From NCBI RefSeq assembly GCF_009914755.1, contig NC_060927.1: DNA of 64,000 nucleotides. One strand, 5' to 3'. The notes beneath the pieces are model-generated. The model saw nothing but the letters and a program-made list of their open reading frames with translations. It was not told the origin of the DNA and made no database searches. The position numbers were made by a program, and so were the translations under genes. Shown piece after piece: positions 44,434 to 64,000 of the stretch (positions within the stretch are counted from its first letter, which is position 1; each line of letters opens with the position of its first letter). Source of the stretch: the human T2T-CHM13v2.0 reference genome, Homo sapiens.

Positions 44434-44850
44434 TTTTACTCACGTCCATGTGAAGAGACCACCAAACAGGCTTTGTGTTAGCAATAAAGCTGTTTATTTC
44501 ACCTGGGTGCAGGTGCGCTGAGTCCAAAAATAGAGTCAGCAAAGGGAGATAGGGATGGGGCCATTTTATAAGATTTGGGTAGGTAAAGGAAAATTACAGT
44601 CAAAGTGGGGGGGTTGTTCTCTGGCGGGCAGGAGTGGGGGTCACAAGGTGCTCAGTAGGGGAGCTCTTGAGCCAGGATGAGCCAGGAGAAGGAATTTCAC
44701 AAGACAATGTCATCAGTTAAGGCAGGAACAGGCCATTTTCACTTCTTTTGTGGTGGAATGTCATCAGTTAAGGCAGGAACCGGCCATATGGATGTGTATG
44801 TGCAGGTCACAGGGGATATGATGGCTTAGCTTGGGCTCAGAGGCCTGACA
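44434..44850 (-). promoter_or_regulatory. HERV-H 5' LTR (LTR7 promoter)
   Basis: Starts TGTCAGGCCTCTGAGCCCAAG on the minus strand; TATAAAA and AATAAA are present; followed by the PBS and a splice donor CCG|GTAAGT at 44288. Confidence 0.95.
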
Positions 44851-45076
44851 GAGAAGGGACATCCTTGCCTTATTCCTGATTTTAGCAGAAAAGCATTTAG
44901 TTTCTCACCACTAAGTATGATGTCAGATATAGGACTTTTTACAGATGCTCATCAGTTGAGGAAGCTCCTCTCTACTTCTAGTTTGCTGAGATTATTTTTT
45001 TTTTTTACCCTTTTCAGCACCAGAGGCTAGAAAGTCAGGGTTTTGTTTTGTTTTTTTTTTTAAATATTCTATCCTC

Positions 45077-45184
45077 TTAGGTTGGTGCAAAAGTAACTGT
45101 GGTTTTTGCCATTAAAGATATTAAATTTTTGTCATAAAATTATTTTTAATGGCAAAAACTGTAATTACTTTTGCACCAACCTAA
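45077..45184. mobile_element. MADE1 (Hsmar1-derived MITE) with enlarged centre
   Basis: TIRs ttaggttggtgcaaaagtaa...gccatta / taatggc...ttacttttgcaccaacctaa; 108 bp versus the usual ~80 bp. Confidence 0.93.
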
Positions 45185-46179
45185 CAATAGGTTGCACTTC
45201 TTCATATTTATTTGAAGTGGTGTTGAACTTTGTAAAAAGATTTTCTACATGTACTGATACTATATAATTTTTTTTCTTAGCCTATTGATTTGGTGGATTG
45301 TACACATCAATTTTCAAATAAGTTATCTTTTGATGAGCAGAAATTTTATTTTTGATGAAGTTTCATTGTTTCTTTTTTCTTTCCTCTTATGGTTTTTGTG
45401 TTCCATCTAGCCTTCTTTTTAATGGGATTCTATTTCATCACAAGATGATGAAATACTAAGTAGGTTAGGATTTTTAACAATAGTATCTTGGAGTGATAAA
45501 ATTATTCAGGGAATAGGGGGAGCAAGGTGGCTGAATAGAACCCTCTAGTGATCACCTTCCCTCACCCCATAGGAACACAATTTGCACAAATATCCACGTA
45601 AGAAAGCACCTTCATAAGAAAAAAATAATGTGAGCAATCACAGTACCTGGTTTTAACATCATAGCAAGGAAGGAGGTACTGAAGAGGGTAGAAAAGACAA
45701 GAGAAGACATTCTTGAATTACTGACGCTATTCTTCCCCCAACCCCAGCAGCAGCCACATGATATGGAGAGAGAATCTGTACATGTAGGGGAGAGAGAGCA
45801 CAGTAATTGTAGGACTTTGCAGTAGAACATGGTGCTCCTTGTCACAACGGAAAGCAACACAGGGCACAATTCAACCAGCGCCCACAGAAGAAGCATTTAG
45901 ACCAGCCCTAGCCCAAGGGGAATCATCCATCCTAGCAGTCAGAAACTGAGTTCCAGCTAGTCCCGCCATTATAGGCTAAAGTGTCCTGGGTTATAAATAA
46001 ACATGAAAGACAGTCTAGGTCACAAAGACTGCAATTCCTGGGCAAAGCCTGGTGCTTGGCTTAGCTCAGAGCAAGTGGACTTTGGGTACTCATGACCTAA
46101 TGAGACACCAGCTGGGACTGCAAAGGGAGTCCTTGCATCACCTCTCCCTCAATCCCAGGCAGCACAGCTCACAGGTCCA

Positions 46180-47290
46180 GGAGAAACTCCTTCCTTCTGC
46201 TTGAGAAGAGGAGGGGAAGAGTAAAGAGGACTTTGTCTTGCAACTTGGAAACCCACTCAGCCAGTAAAATAGGGCACCAGGAAGATTCCTGAGACCCCTA
46301 TTCCAGGTCCTGGCTTCCAGATGGCATTTCTAGGCACACCATGGACCAGAAGGATACCTGCTGCCTTGAAGGGAAGGACCTAGTCCTGGCAGGATTCGTG
46401 ACCTGCTGATTAAAGGTCCCTTGGGCCCTAAATAATCAGCAGTGGGTACCAGGGCCTTGGGTGAGACTCAAAGCCATGCTAACTTCAGGTATGACCCAGC
46501 ACCTTCCCAGCTATGGTGCTATGAGGAGAGACCCATTCTGATTGAGGAAAGGAGAGAGAAGAGTAAAAGGTTCATGGTCTTGCAGCTTCAACACCAGCTC
46601 AGCCACAGTGGGGTAGAATACTAAGTGGGCTTCTAGGTTTTCCAATTTCAGACCTTAGCTCCTGGATGGCATTTCTTGACTTTCCCTGAGTTAGAGGGGA
46701 GCCTACTTCCCTGAAGGGAAAGACCCAGGCTTGGCAGCATTAACCACAAGATGACTGAAGAAACCTTGGGCCTTGAATGATCATTATTGGTAGCCAGGCA
46801 GTACTCATTGCAGGATTAGGGTGGTGGTGGCCATGGGGAGAGAGTCCTTCTGCTTGAGGAAAGAAGAGAGAAACGTGGAAGGAACATTTCTTGTGGCTTT
46901 GGTGCCAGCTCAAGTGCAGTAGAAAAAAGCACCAAGTAGGTTCCTAAGGTTCCTGACTCCAGGCCCTGGCTCCTGGATGGCATTTCTGGACCCACTCTGA
47001 GCTAGGGGTAGCTCGCTGCCCTGAAGGGAAGGATACACTCCTGGCTGGACTCATCATCTACTGACTAAAAAGCACTTGGGCCTTAAGTAAACGTTAGCGG
47101 TAGCAAGGCAGTTGTCGCCACAGGCCTTGGGTAAGACCCAGTGCTGTAATGGCTTCAGGTCTGACCCAGTGCTGTCCCAGTGGTAGTGGCCACAGGGTTG
47201 CTTGTGTCACCCTTCCTCTAGCTCCAATCAGCTCAGCAGTAAGAGAGAGACTCCATTTATTTGGGGAAATGTAAGAGAAGAGAACAACAG
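46180..47290 (+). repeat. ~310-350-bp tandem monomers (three plus a partial copy) in the L1MA 5'UTR
   Basis: 'gatggcatttct...cctgaagggaagga...ttgggcc' recurs near 46320, 46666 and 46976. Confidence 0.8.
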
Positions 47291-49649
47291 TCTCTGCCCG
47301 ATAATCCAGGCAGTTCTCTCAGATCTTACTCAAAACCACCAAGGCAATACCTCTACAAGACTGCAAGATTTAGACAATTACTGGGCTTGGGGTGCCTCCT
47401 AATGCAGAGACAGCTACAGTGACCAAAGACTTAGGTCACAACACTCAATTCCCTTTGAATAATTGGGAAGCCTTCCTGAGTTGTGTGGGTACAAGCAAGC
47501 CCAGACAGCTAAGACTACAATAAATACCCAACTCTTTAATGCTCAGACATTGACAAACATCTACAAGCATCAAGACCATTCAGGAAAACATGACCTCATC
47601 AAATGAATTAAATAAGGCACTAAAGACCAATCTCAGAGTGACAAGGATATGTAACATTTCAGAGAGGGTAATTGAAATAGTTTTGAGGAAGCTCAACAAA
47701 ATTCAAGATAACATAGAGAAGGAATTCAGAATCCTATCAGATAAATCTAACAAAGAGATTGAAATAATTTTTTAAATCAAGCAAAAATTTTGGAGATAAA
47801 GAATTCAACAGACAAACTGAAGAACGCATCAGCGTCAACAGCAGAATGGATCAAGCGAAGAATTAGTGAGCTTGAAGTCAGAGTTGAAAACACAGTCAAA
47901 GGATACAAAAGAGAAAGAATAAAAAAGAATGAAACGTGCCTACAAGATCTGGAAGATAGTCTCAAAAGGGCAAATCTAAGAGTTGTTGGACCTGAAGAGA
48001 AGGTAGAAAGAAAAATCCGAATAGAAAGTTTATCCAAAGGGATAACAGAGAACTTTCTAAATCTAGGGAAAGATATTCATGTTAGAGTACAAGAAGGTTA
48101 TAGAACACCAAGCAGATTTAACCTAAGTAAGACTACCTCAAGACATTTAGTAATCGAACTCCCAAAAGTCAAGGATTAAGAAAGGATCCTAAAAGCACCA
48201 GAAGAAAATAAACAACATACAAACACATTCCAATACATCTGGCAGCAGACTTCTCTGTGGAAAACTTACAGGCCAGGAGAGAGTGGCATGACATATTTAA
48301 AGTGTTGAAGAAAAAAAAAACCAAAACTTTTATTCAAGAATAGTATATCCCAGAAAAAAATATTCTTCAAACATGAAGGAAAAATAAAGACTTTCCCAGA
48401 CAAACAATAGCTGAGGGATTTCATCAATACTAAAGCTGTCATCCAAGAAATGCTAAACCGAGTTCCTCAATCTGAAAGAAAAGGACATCAACAAGCACTA
48501 AGAAATCATCTGAAGGGACAAAACTCACTGGTAATAGTAAGTACACAAACACAGAAAATTTTGACACTGTAATTTTGTGTAAACTACTTATATCTTGAGC
48601 AGAAAGACTAAAAGATGAATCTAACAAAAATAACAACTTTTTAAGATATAAATAGTATCAGATATAAATAAAAACAACAAAAATTTAGAAAGCAGAGGCA
48701 TAAAGTTAGAGTTTTTTTCAGTTTTCTCTTTGCTTGTTTGTTTGTTTTTACAATCAGTGTTAAGTTGTCATCAGTTTAAAATAATGAGTTACTAGTTGTT
48801 TGCAAGCCTCGTGGTAACCTCAAATCAAAAAACCTACAACAGATACATAAAGAAAATTAAAAACAAGAAATTAAAACATACCACCAGAGAAAATCACCTT
48901 CATAAGAAGGAAGACAGGAAGGAAGGGAGGTTGGATGGAAGAGAAGACCACAAAACAACCAGAAAACAAATAACAAAATGGCAATAATAAATCCTTACTT
49001 ATCAATAATAACATTGAATGTAAATGGACTAAAGTCTGCAATCAAAAAAACAAAGTGGCTGAATGGATTTTAAAAATGTGTGCAATGATCTTTTGGTTAC
49101 AAGAAACACTCTTGAAATATAAAGACCCACATAGACTAAAAAAAAAGGATGGAAAAAAATACGATATTCCATGTCAATGGAAACCAAAAAAGAGCAAGAA
49201 TAGCCATACTTATATCAGACAAAATATATTTCAAGACAAAAGCTATAAAAAGAGACAAATTCATTATGTAATGATAAAGGGGTCTATCAGCAGAAGAATA
49301 AAACAATTGTAAATATATACATACACAACACTGGAGGACAGATATATAAAGCAAATATCATTAGAGCTAAAGAGAGAAATAGATCCCAAAACAATAATAG
49401 CTGGAGATTTATTTATTTATTTATTTATTTATTTATTTTTTATTGTTATACTTTAAGTTTTAGGGTACATGTGCACATTGTGCAGGACAGTTACATACGT
49501 ATACATGTGCCATGCTGGTGTGCTGCACCCACTAACTCATCATCTAGCATTAGGTATATCTCCCAGTGCTATCCCTCCCCCCTCCCCCCACCCCACAACA
49601 GTCCCCAGAGTGTGATGTTCCCCTTCCTGTGTCCATGTGATCTCATTGT

Positions 49650-53506
<3,857 letters not shown>

Positions 53507-53542
53507 TTAGTTGATGCAGTTTCTTCCTAATCTCGATGGTCT

Positions 53543-54559
53543 TTACAATTTGGCATGATTTTGCAGCGGCTGGTACCGGTTGTTCCTTTCCATGTTTAGT
53601 GTTTCCTTCAGGAGCTCTTTTAGGGCAGGCCTGGTGGTGACAAAATCTCTCAGCATTTGCTTGTCTGAAAAGTATTTTATTTCTCCTTTGCTTATGAAGC
53701 TTAGTTTGGCTGGATATGAAATTCTGGGTTGAAAATTCTTTTCTTTAAGAATGTTGAATATTGGCCCCCACTCTCTTCTGGCTTGTAGGGTTTCTGCCGA
53801 GAGATCTGCTGTTAGTCTGATGGGCTTCCCTTTGAGGGTAACCCAACCTTTCTCTCTGGCTGCCCTTAACATTTTTTCCTTCATTTCAACTTTGGTGAAT
53901 CTGACAATTATGTGTCTTGGAGTTGCTCTTCTCGAGGAGTATCTTTGTGGCGTTCTCTGTATTTCCTGAATCTAAACGTTGGACTGCCTTGCTAGATTGG
54001 GGAAGTTCTCCTGGAGAATATCCTGCAGAGTGTTTTCCAACTTGGTTTCATTCTCCCCATCACTTTCAGGTACATCAATCAGACCTAGATTTGGTCTTTT
54101 CACATAGTCCCATATTTCTTGGAGGGTTTGCTCGTTTCTTTTTATTCTTTTTTCTCTAAACTTTCCTTTTTGCTTCATTTCATTCATTTCATCTTCCATG
54201 GCTGATACCCTTTCTTCCAGTTGATCGCATCAGCTCCTGAGGCTTCTGCATTCTTCACGTAGTTCTCGAGCCTTGGTTTTCAGCTCCATCAGCTCCTTTA
54301 AGCACTTCTCTCTATTGGTTATTCTAGTTATACATTCTTCTAAATTTTTTTCAAAGTTTTCAACTTCTTTGCCTTTGGTTTGAATGTCCTCCCATAGCTC
54401 AGAGTAATTTGATCATCTGAAGCCTTCTTCTCTCAGCTCGGCAAAGTCATTCTCCATCCAGCTTTGTTCCGTTGCTGGTGAGGAGCTGCGTTCCTTTGGA
54501 GGAGGAGAGGCGCTCTGCTTTTTAGAGTTTCCAGTTTTTCTGTTCTGTTTTTTCCCCAT
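53543..54559 (-). pseudogene. L1 ORF1, full 1017-nt span with in-frame stops
   Basis: ATG at 54559 (MGKKQNRK) ending ...NHAKL*; premature stops near 54413 and 53972. Confidence 0.93.
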
Positions 54560-55565
54560 CTTTGTGGTTTTATCTACTTTTGGTCTTTGATGATGGTGAT
54601 GTACAGTTGGGTTTTTGGTGTGGATGTCCTTTCTGTTTGTTAGTTTTCCTTCTAACAGACAGGACCCTCAGCTGCAGGTCTGTTGGAGTACCCTGCAGTG
54701 TGAGGTGTCAGTGTGCCCCTGCTGGAGGTTGCCTCCCAGTTAGGCTGCTCAGCGGTCAGGGGTCAGGGACCCACTTGAGGAGGCAGTCTGCCCGTTCTCA
54801 GATCTCCAATAGCTGGAGATTTAAGCACCCCACTTTCAGCACTGGACAGATCATACAGACAGAAAATCAGCACAGAAACATTGGACTTAATCTGCACTAT
54901 AGACCAAATGGACCTAGTAGATATTTAGTGAACATTTCATCCAATGGCTACAGAATACACATTCTTCTTCTCAGCACATAAATCACTTTCAAAAATAGAT
55001 CATATGTTAGGCCACAAAACAAGTCTTCAGAAAAATTTTTAAAAAGAAGAAATAATATTAAGCATCTTCTCTGACTGCAATGGAATTTACCTAGAAATCA
55101 ATAACAAGAGGAAAACTGAAAACTATAAAATCACATGGAAATGAAATAATATGCTCTTGAATGACCGGTAGGTAATGAAGAAATTAAGAAGGGAGTTGAA
55201 ACATTTTTTGATACAAATGAAAGTAGAAATACAACATTCCAAAACCTGTGGGATACAGCAAAAGCAGTCCCAAGAGGAAAGTTTATAGCAATAAATACAT
55301 CGAAATAATATATCAAAAAGGTAAAAAAATCCAATAAACAACTTAATGACGCAACTAAAAGCACAAGAACATGCTAAATCCAAAATTAGTAGAAAAAAAC
55401 AAATAATGAAGATCAGAGCGCAAATGAATAAAATTGAAATAAAAAAAGAGAAAAGATCAATGAAATTAAAAGTTGGCTTTAGAAAAGATTAAAAAAAATT
55501 GACAAAGCTTTAGCCAGACTAAAAAAAAAACCCAAAATAAATAAATAAGAGATTTTCTTTTATTT

Positions 55566-56006
55566 GTATAGATACTTGATTTTATTTCTCTTGGATAGAC
55601 ACTTCAGAGTGGAATTATTGGTTTCTGTGGTGAGTTTATGTTTAATTTTTTCAGAAGCCATCAAACTATTTTCCAAAGTAGGTGTACCATTCTCCATCCC
55701 CATCGGCAAATTTCCAATTGCTTCATATTGTCTCCAACACTCTTTATTGTCCATCTTTTCTATTTTAGCCATCCTAGTGTATCGAGTAGTAACTCATTGT
55801 GGTTTTACTTTGCATTTCTCCAGTGAGCAACGACATCCAACATCTGTTCATATGCTTGTTAAACATTCTTATATCTTCTTGGTGAAATATTTATTTGTTT
55901 AGTACATTTTTAAATTGCATTGTTTGTTTTCTTATATATTGAGTTATAAGAGTTCTTTATATGTTCTAAATTCAGGTCCTTTGTTAGATACATGATTTGC
56001 AAGTAC
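55566..56006 (-). other. Older L1M (MB/MC-like) fragment, probably 3'-transduced by the adjacent L1PA
   Basis: Lies between the L1PA poly(A) and the outer TSD; minus-strand AATAAA at 55581-86 precedes a short A-rich tail. Confidence 0.75.
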
Positions 56007-59922
<3,916 letters not shown>

Positions 59923-60856
59923 AATCAGAGATTTTTTTTAAAAAGGAGACGTTATAACTGATACTGTAGAAATTCCAAGGATTATTAGAGGCAACAATGA
60001 GCAAGTATATGACAATAAACTGGAAAACCTAGAAGAAATGGATAATTTCCTAGAGGCATACAGTTTTCCAAGATTGAAAAATGAAGAAATAAAAAACCTG
60101 AATAGACCAATAACAACTAATATGATTGAAGCCATAATAAAAGCTCTCCCAGCAAAGAAAAGCCCAGGACCCGACGGCTTCACTGTTGAATTTTACCAAA
60201 CATTTTAAAGAAGAACTACTACCAATCTTACTCAAATTGGTCTGAAAAATAGAGGAGGAAGGAATACTTCCAAATTCATTCTACACAGCAATTATTACCC
60301 TGGTACTAAAACCAGACACCTCAAAAAAACAAAACTACAGGCCAATATCCCTGAGGAATGTTGCTGCAAACATCCTCCACAAAACACTAGCGAATCAAAT
60401 TCAACAACACATTAGAAAGATTATTCATCATGACCAAGTGGGATTTATCTCAGGGATGCAAATATGTTTTAATATATGCAATTCAATCAATGTGCTATTT
60501 CATATCAACATCATGAAGAACAAAAACCATGTAATCATTTCAATTGATGCTGAAAAAACATTTGATAAAATTCAACATCCTTTCATGACTAAAATAAAAA
60601 CCTTCAAAAAACTGGGTATAAAAATAACATACCTCAACCCAGTAATATGTATAATAAGTATACACAACCTACCCACAGCTGGTATGCTGAATGAGGAAAA
60701 CCTGAAAGCCTTTCCTCTAAGATATGGAACAAGACAAGGATGCTCATCTTCACCATTGTTACTCAACAAAGTACTGAAAGTCCTATCTACAGCAATCAGA
60801 CAAAAGAAAGAAATAAAAGGCATCCAAATTGGAAAGGAAGACCTAAGTATCCTTGT

Positions 60857-61218
60857 TGTATTAGTTCGTTTCCATGCTGCTGATAAAGACATAGCCAAGA
60901 CTGGGTAACTTATAAATAAAAAGAGGTTTAATGGACTCACAGTTTCACATGGCTGGGATGCCTCACAATCATGGCAGAAGGTGAAAGGTACATCTCACAC
61001 AGCAGCAGAAAAGAGAGAAAATGAGAACCAAACAAAAGGGGTTTCACCTTATAAAACTATCAGATGTAATAAGACTTATTCACTACCATGAGAACAGTAT
61101 GGGGAAAACTGCCCCATGATTCAATTATCTCCCATCAGGTCCCTCACACAGCACCTGGGAATTATGAGAGCTACAATTCAAAATGAGATTTGGGTGAGGA
61201 CACAGACAAACCATATGA
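60857..61218 (-). mobile_element. THE1B solo LTR inserted in the L1MA ORF2
   Basis: tgtattagtt...accatatga; perfect TSD CTTGT. The host RT resumes as LFTDD. Confidence 0.93.
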
Positions 61219-61701
61219 CTTGTTTACAGATGATACGATCTTACTTTTGGAAAAATCCAAAGACTCTATCAAAAAACTGAGAATTAATCAACAGTAAAGT
61301 TGCAGGATACAAAATCAACAAACAAAAATCAGTAGCATTTCTAAATGCTAACAGCAAACAATCTGAAAAAGAAATCAAGACAGTGATCACATTTGTAACA
61401 CTTACAAGTAAAATAAAATACTTGGGAATAAAAAACCAAAGAGGTGACAGATCTCTACAATGAAACCTATAAAATATTGATGCAAGAAATTGTAAAGAAC
61501 ACACAAAAAATGGAAATATATTCCATGTTTATGGACTGGAAGAATGAATATTGTTAAAATGTCCATACTCCCCAAAGCAATCTATGGATTTAATGCAATC
61601 CTTATGAAAATAATGATGTCATTCTTCAAAGAAAGAAAAAAAAAATCCTAAAATTTATATGGAATCACAAAAGGCCCAGAATAGCTAAAGCTATACTATG
61701 C

Positions 61702-61770
61702 AAAAAAAAAAAAAAAGAAAAAAAGAAAGAAAGAAAGAAAGAAAAGAAAAGAAAAGAAAAGAAAAAAAAA
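61702..61770. repeat. Poly(A)/(GAAA)n microsatellite
   Basis: Visible directly; an expanded internal L1 A-tract. Confidence 0.9.
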
Positions 61771-64000
61771 CTGGCAGAGTAACATTACCTGACTTCAAAT
61801 TATACTACAGAACTATTGTAAGCAAAACAGCGTGGCACTGGCATAAAAACAGACACATAGACCACTGGAACAGAATGGATAACCCAGAAGTAAATCCATA
61901 CACCTCCAGTGAACTCATTTTCAACAAAGGTGCCAGGAAAACACATTAGGGAAAAGAGAGTCTCTTCAATGAATAGTGCTGGGAAAACTGGACATTCAGT
62001 AGCAGAAGAGTGAAACTAGACTCTATCTCTGGCCATCAAATCAAAATCAAATCCAAATGGATTAAAGACTTAAATGTAAGACATGAAACTATGAAACTAT
62101 TGAAAGAAAACATTGAGGAAACTCTTCATAAAACTGGTCTGGACAAAAATTTCTTGAGTAATACTCCAAAAGCACAGGCAACCAAAGCAAAAATGGACAA
62201 ATGGATTACATCTATTTAAAAAGCTTCTGCACAGCAAGGAACACAATCAATAAAGTAAAGAGACAACCCATAGAATGGAAGAAAATATCTACAAATTACC
62301 CATCTGACAAAGGATTAATAACAAAACAATGTAAGAGGAACTCAACTCAATAGGGAAAATAATCTAATAATCTAAATTTGAAACTGGTAAAAGATCTGAA
62401 TAGACATTTCTCAAAAGAAGATAAACAAATGACAAAAAAAGCAGGCATATGAAAGAGTGCTCAACATCACTGGTCATCGGAGAAATGCAAATCAAATCTT
62501 CAATGACCTATCATCTCACCCCAGTTAAAAGGGCTTTTATCGAAAAGACAGGCAGTAACAAATGCTGGTGAGGACATGGAGAAAAAGGAACCCTCATACG
62601 CTGTTAGTGGGGAGTAAATTAGTACAGCCACCATGGAAAACAGTATAGAGTTTCCTCAAAAGTTTAAAAATTTTATTACCATGTGATCCTGCAATCCGAC
62701 TGCTAGGTATATACCCCAAATAAATAAAATCAGTATATCAAAGAGATATATGCATCCCTATGTTTACTGAAGCACTGTTAACAACAGCTAAGATTTGTAA
62801 GCAACCTAACTGTCCATCAACAGATGAATGGATATAGAAAATGCAATATATATACACAGTGGTATACTATTCAGCCATTAAAAAAGAATGATATCCTGCC
62901 ATTTGCAACACCATGAATGGAACTGGAGGACATTATGTTAAGTGGAAAAAGCCACAGAAAGACGAACTTCAGATGTTCTCACTTATTTGTGGGAGCTTAA
63001 TACTAAAAAAATTGAACTCATGGAGACAGAGAATAGAATAATGGTTACTAGATGCTGGAAAATGTAGTAGGGTGGGAAGGAGGGTTAGTGGAGATGGTTG
63101 ATGGGTACAAAATATAGTTAGACACAACGAGTAAGATCTAGTGTTTGATAGCACAACAGGGTAATTACAGTCCACAATAGTTTATTGTACATTTTAAAAT
63201 AACTGACAGAGTATAATTGGAATGTTTGTAACACAAAGAAATGGTAAATACTTGAGGTGACGGATACACTGTTTACTCTGATGTGATTATGCATTGTATC
63301 CCTGTATCAAAATATTTCATATACCCCATAAATATATATACACACTATGTACCCATAAATATAAAAAATAATTTTAAAAATTATGCAGAATGAATTTTCA
63401 TATAAACCACTACAACAAACAACTATAACTGAAAAGAAACAGAACACTGACATTAAACTATAGAAAGTCCACCAAAGTAATAAGTGAATTTTTAGCTCAT
63501 TGATCCTTCACAGTTCACTTTAGTTTATCACGTCAGCCTGTCTGAGAAGATGAGTAGACCTGAAACCCAGCCTGCCCTCCACACAGCAGGCAGCAGCCCT
63601 AGAGGTGGGGAAACTATTTTCTAACCAACTAAAGATGCTATCTGTCATGTAAACTTTCTGGTGAGATTGCATTAGCCATTAAGGAGTTTATCCAAGTCTT
63701 TTAAAAAAAGCCTGTTGCATGGGTATGTCTTCTGTAAATCTCACATTCAAAACCAATGCAGATCACAGTACTTACGGTGTACTTGTTTTGAAAATGTGAA
63801 TTGTTTCAACATGAATCACATACTAAAGAACAATCTGGGTGAAACACAAATTTTACATTTGCTTATGTGTGATTTTGTCTGCAAGAAACACTAGGTGAAT
63901 TCAGCCACCGAAGTAAACTCAGTTGCCTAGAGAGACACAAAAGGCACGCACAAGCACACCTCAAACATCTAATTCAGTTCACCATGTGTGTTGTGCACTA

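Larger units (their letters stand above)
39103..44850 (-). mobile_element. HERV-H provirus, common ~5.7-kb deleted form with two LTR7
   Basis: Two ~415-bp LTRs, His-tRNA-type PBS, gag/pro/pol remnants, perfect TSD GAGAA (39098-102, 44851-55). Confidence 0.97.
36915..45318 (-). mobile_element. L1MC/MD-type element (3'UTR plus ORF2 part), interrupted by HERV-H and MADE1
   Basis: 3' end 'gcagttttaagcttaaagaaaaattgagcagaaagtacaga'. ORF2 text 'aattggtgagaa|gggacatccttg' is continuous across the provirus. Confidence 0.8.

Noticed and set aside
46180-47290. Novel satellite or segmental repeat
   Set aside because: It sits inside the L1MA 5'UTR, where such monomer repeats are a family feature.

Overview
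This is AT-rich, CpG-depleted primate (probably human) non-coding genomic DNA. I can support no host protein-coding gene, RNA gene or CpG island; every long ORF comes from a decayed retroelement. The left half (1-36 kb) has unique sequence with scattered Alus, MIR/L2, MER58A/MER20, solo MaLR LTRs and a complete THE1A provirus (11316-13602, TCATA TSD). The right half is a deep nest of retroelements. An old L1ME holds an L1MC/MD, which holds a two-LTR HERV-H provirus (39103-44850, GAGAA TSD) and an expanded MADE1 hairpin. Next is a full-length L1MA2/3-type element (45515-63380) interrupted by an L1PA2/3, an L1PA4/5 and a THE1B LTR. The most notable structures are: (1) an apparent L1 3' transduction carrying ~450 bp of foreign, older L1 DNA; (2) a two-piece templated-insertion mosaic at 33085-33256; (3) a TSD-less, tail-less L1PA fragment inside an L2; (4) a candidate DUX4-responsive THE1-LTR-driven spliced transcript; (5) a PRDM9-type heptamer in one THE1A LTR; (6) an 18-bp palindrome in unique DNA. 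Subfamily calls come from recalled consensus features, not from alignment.
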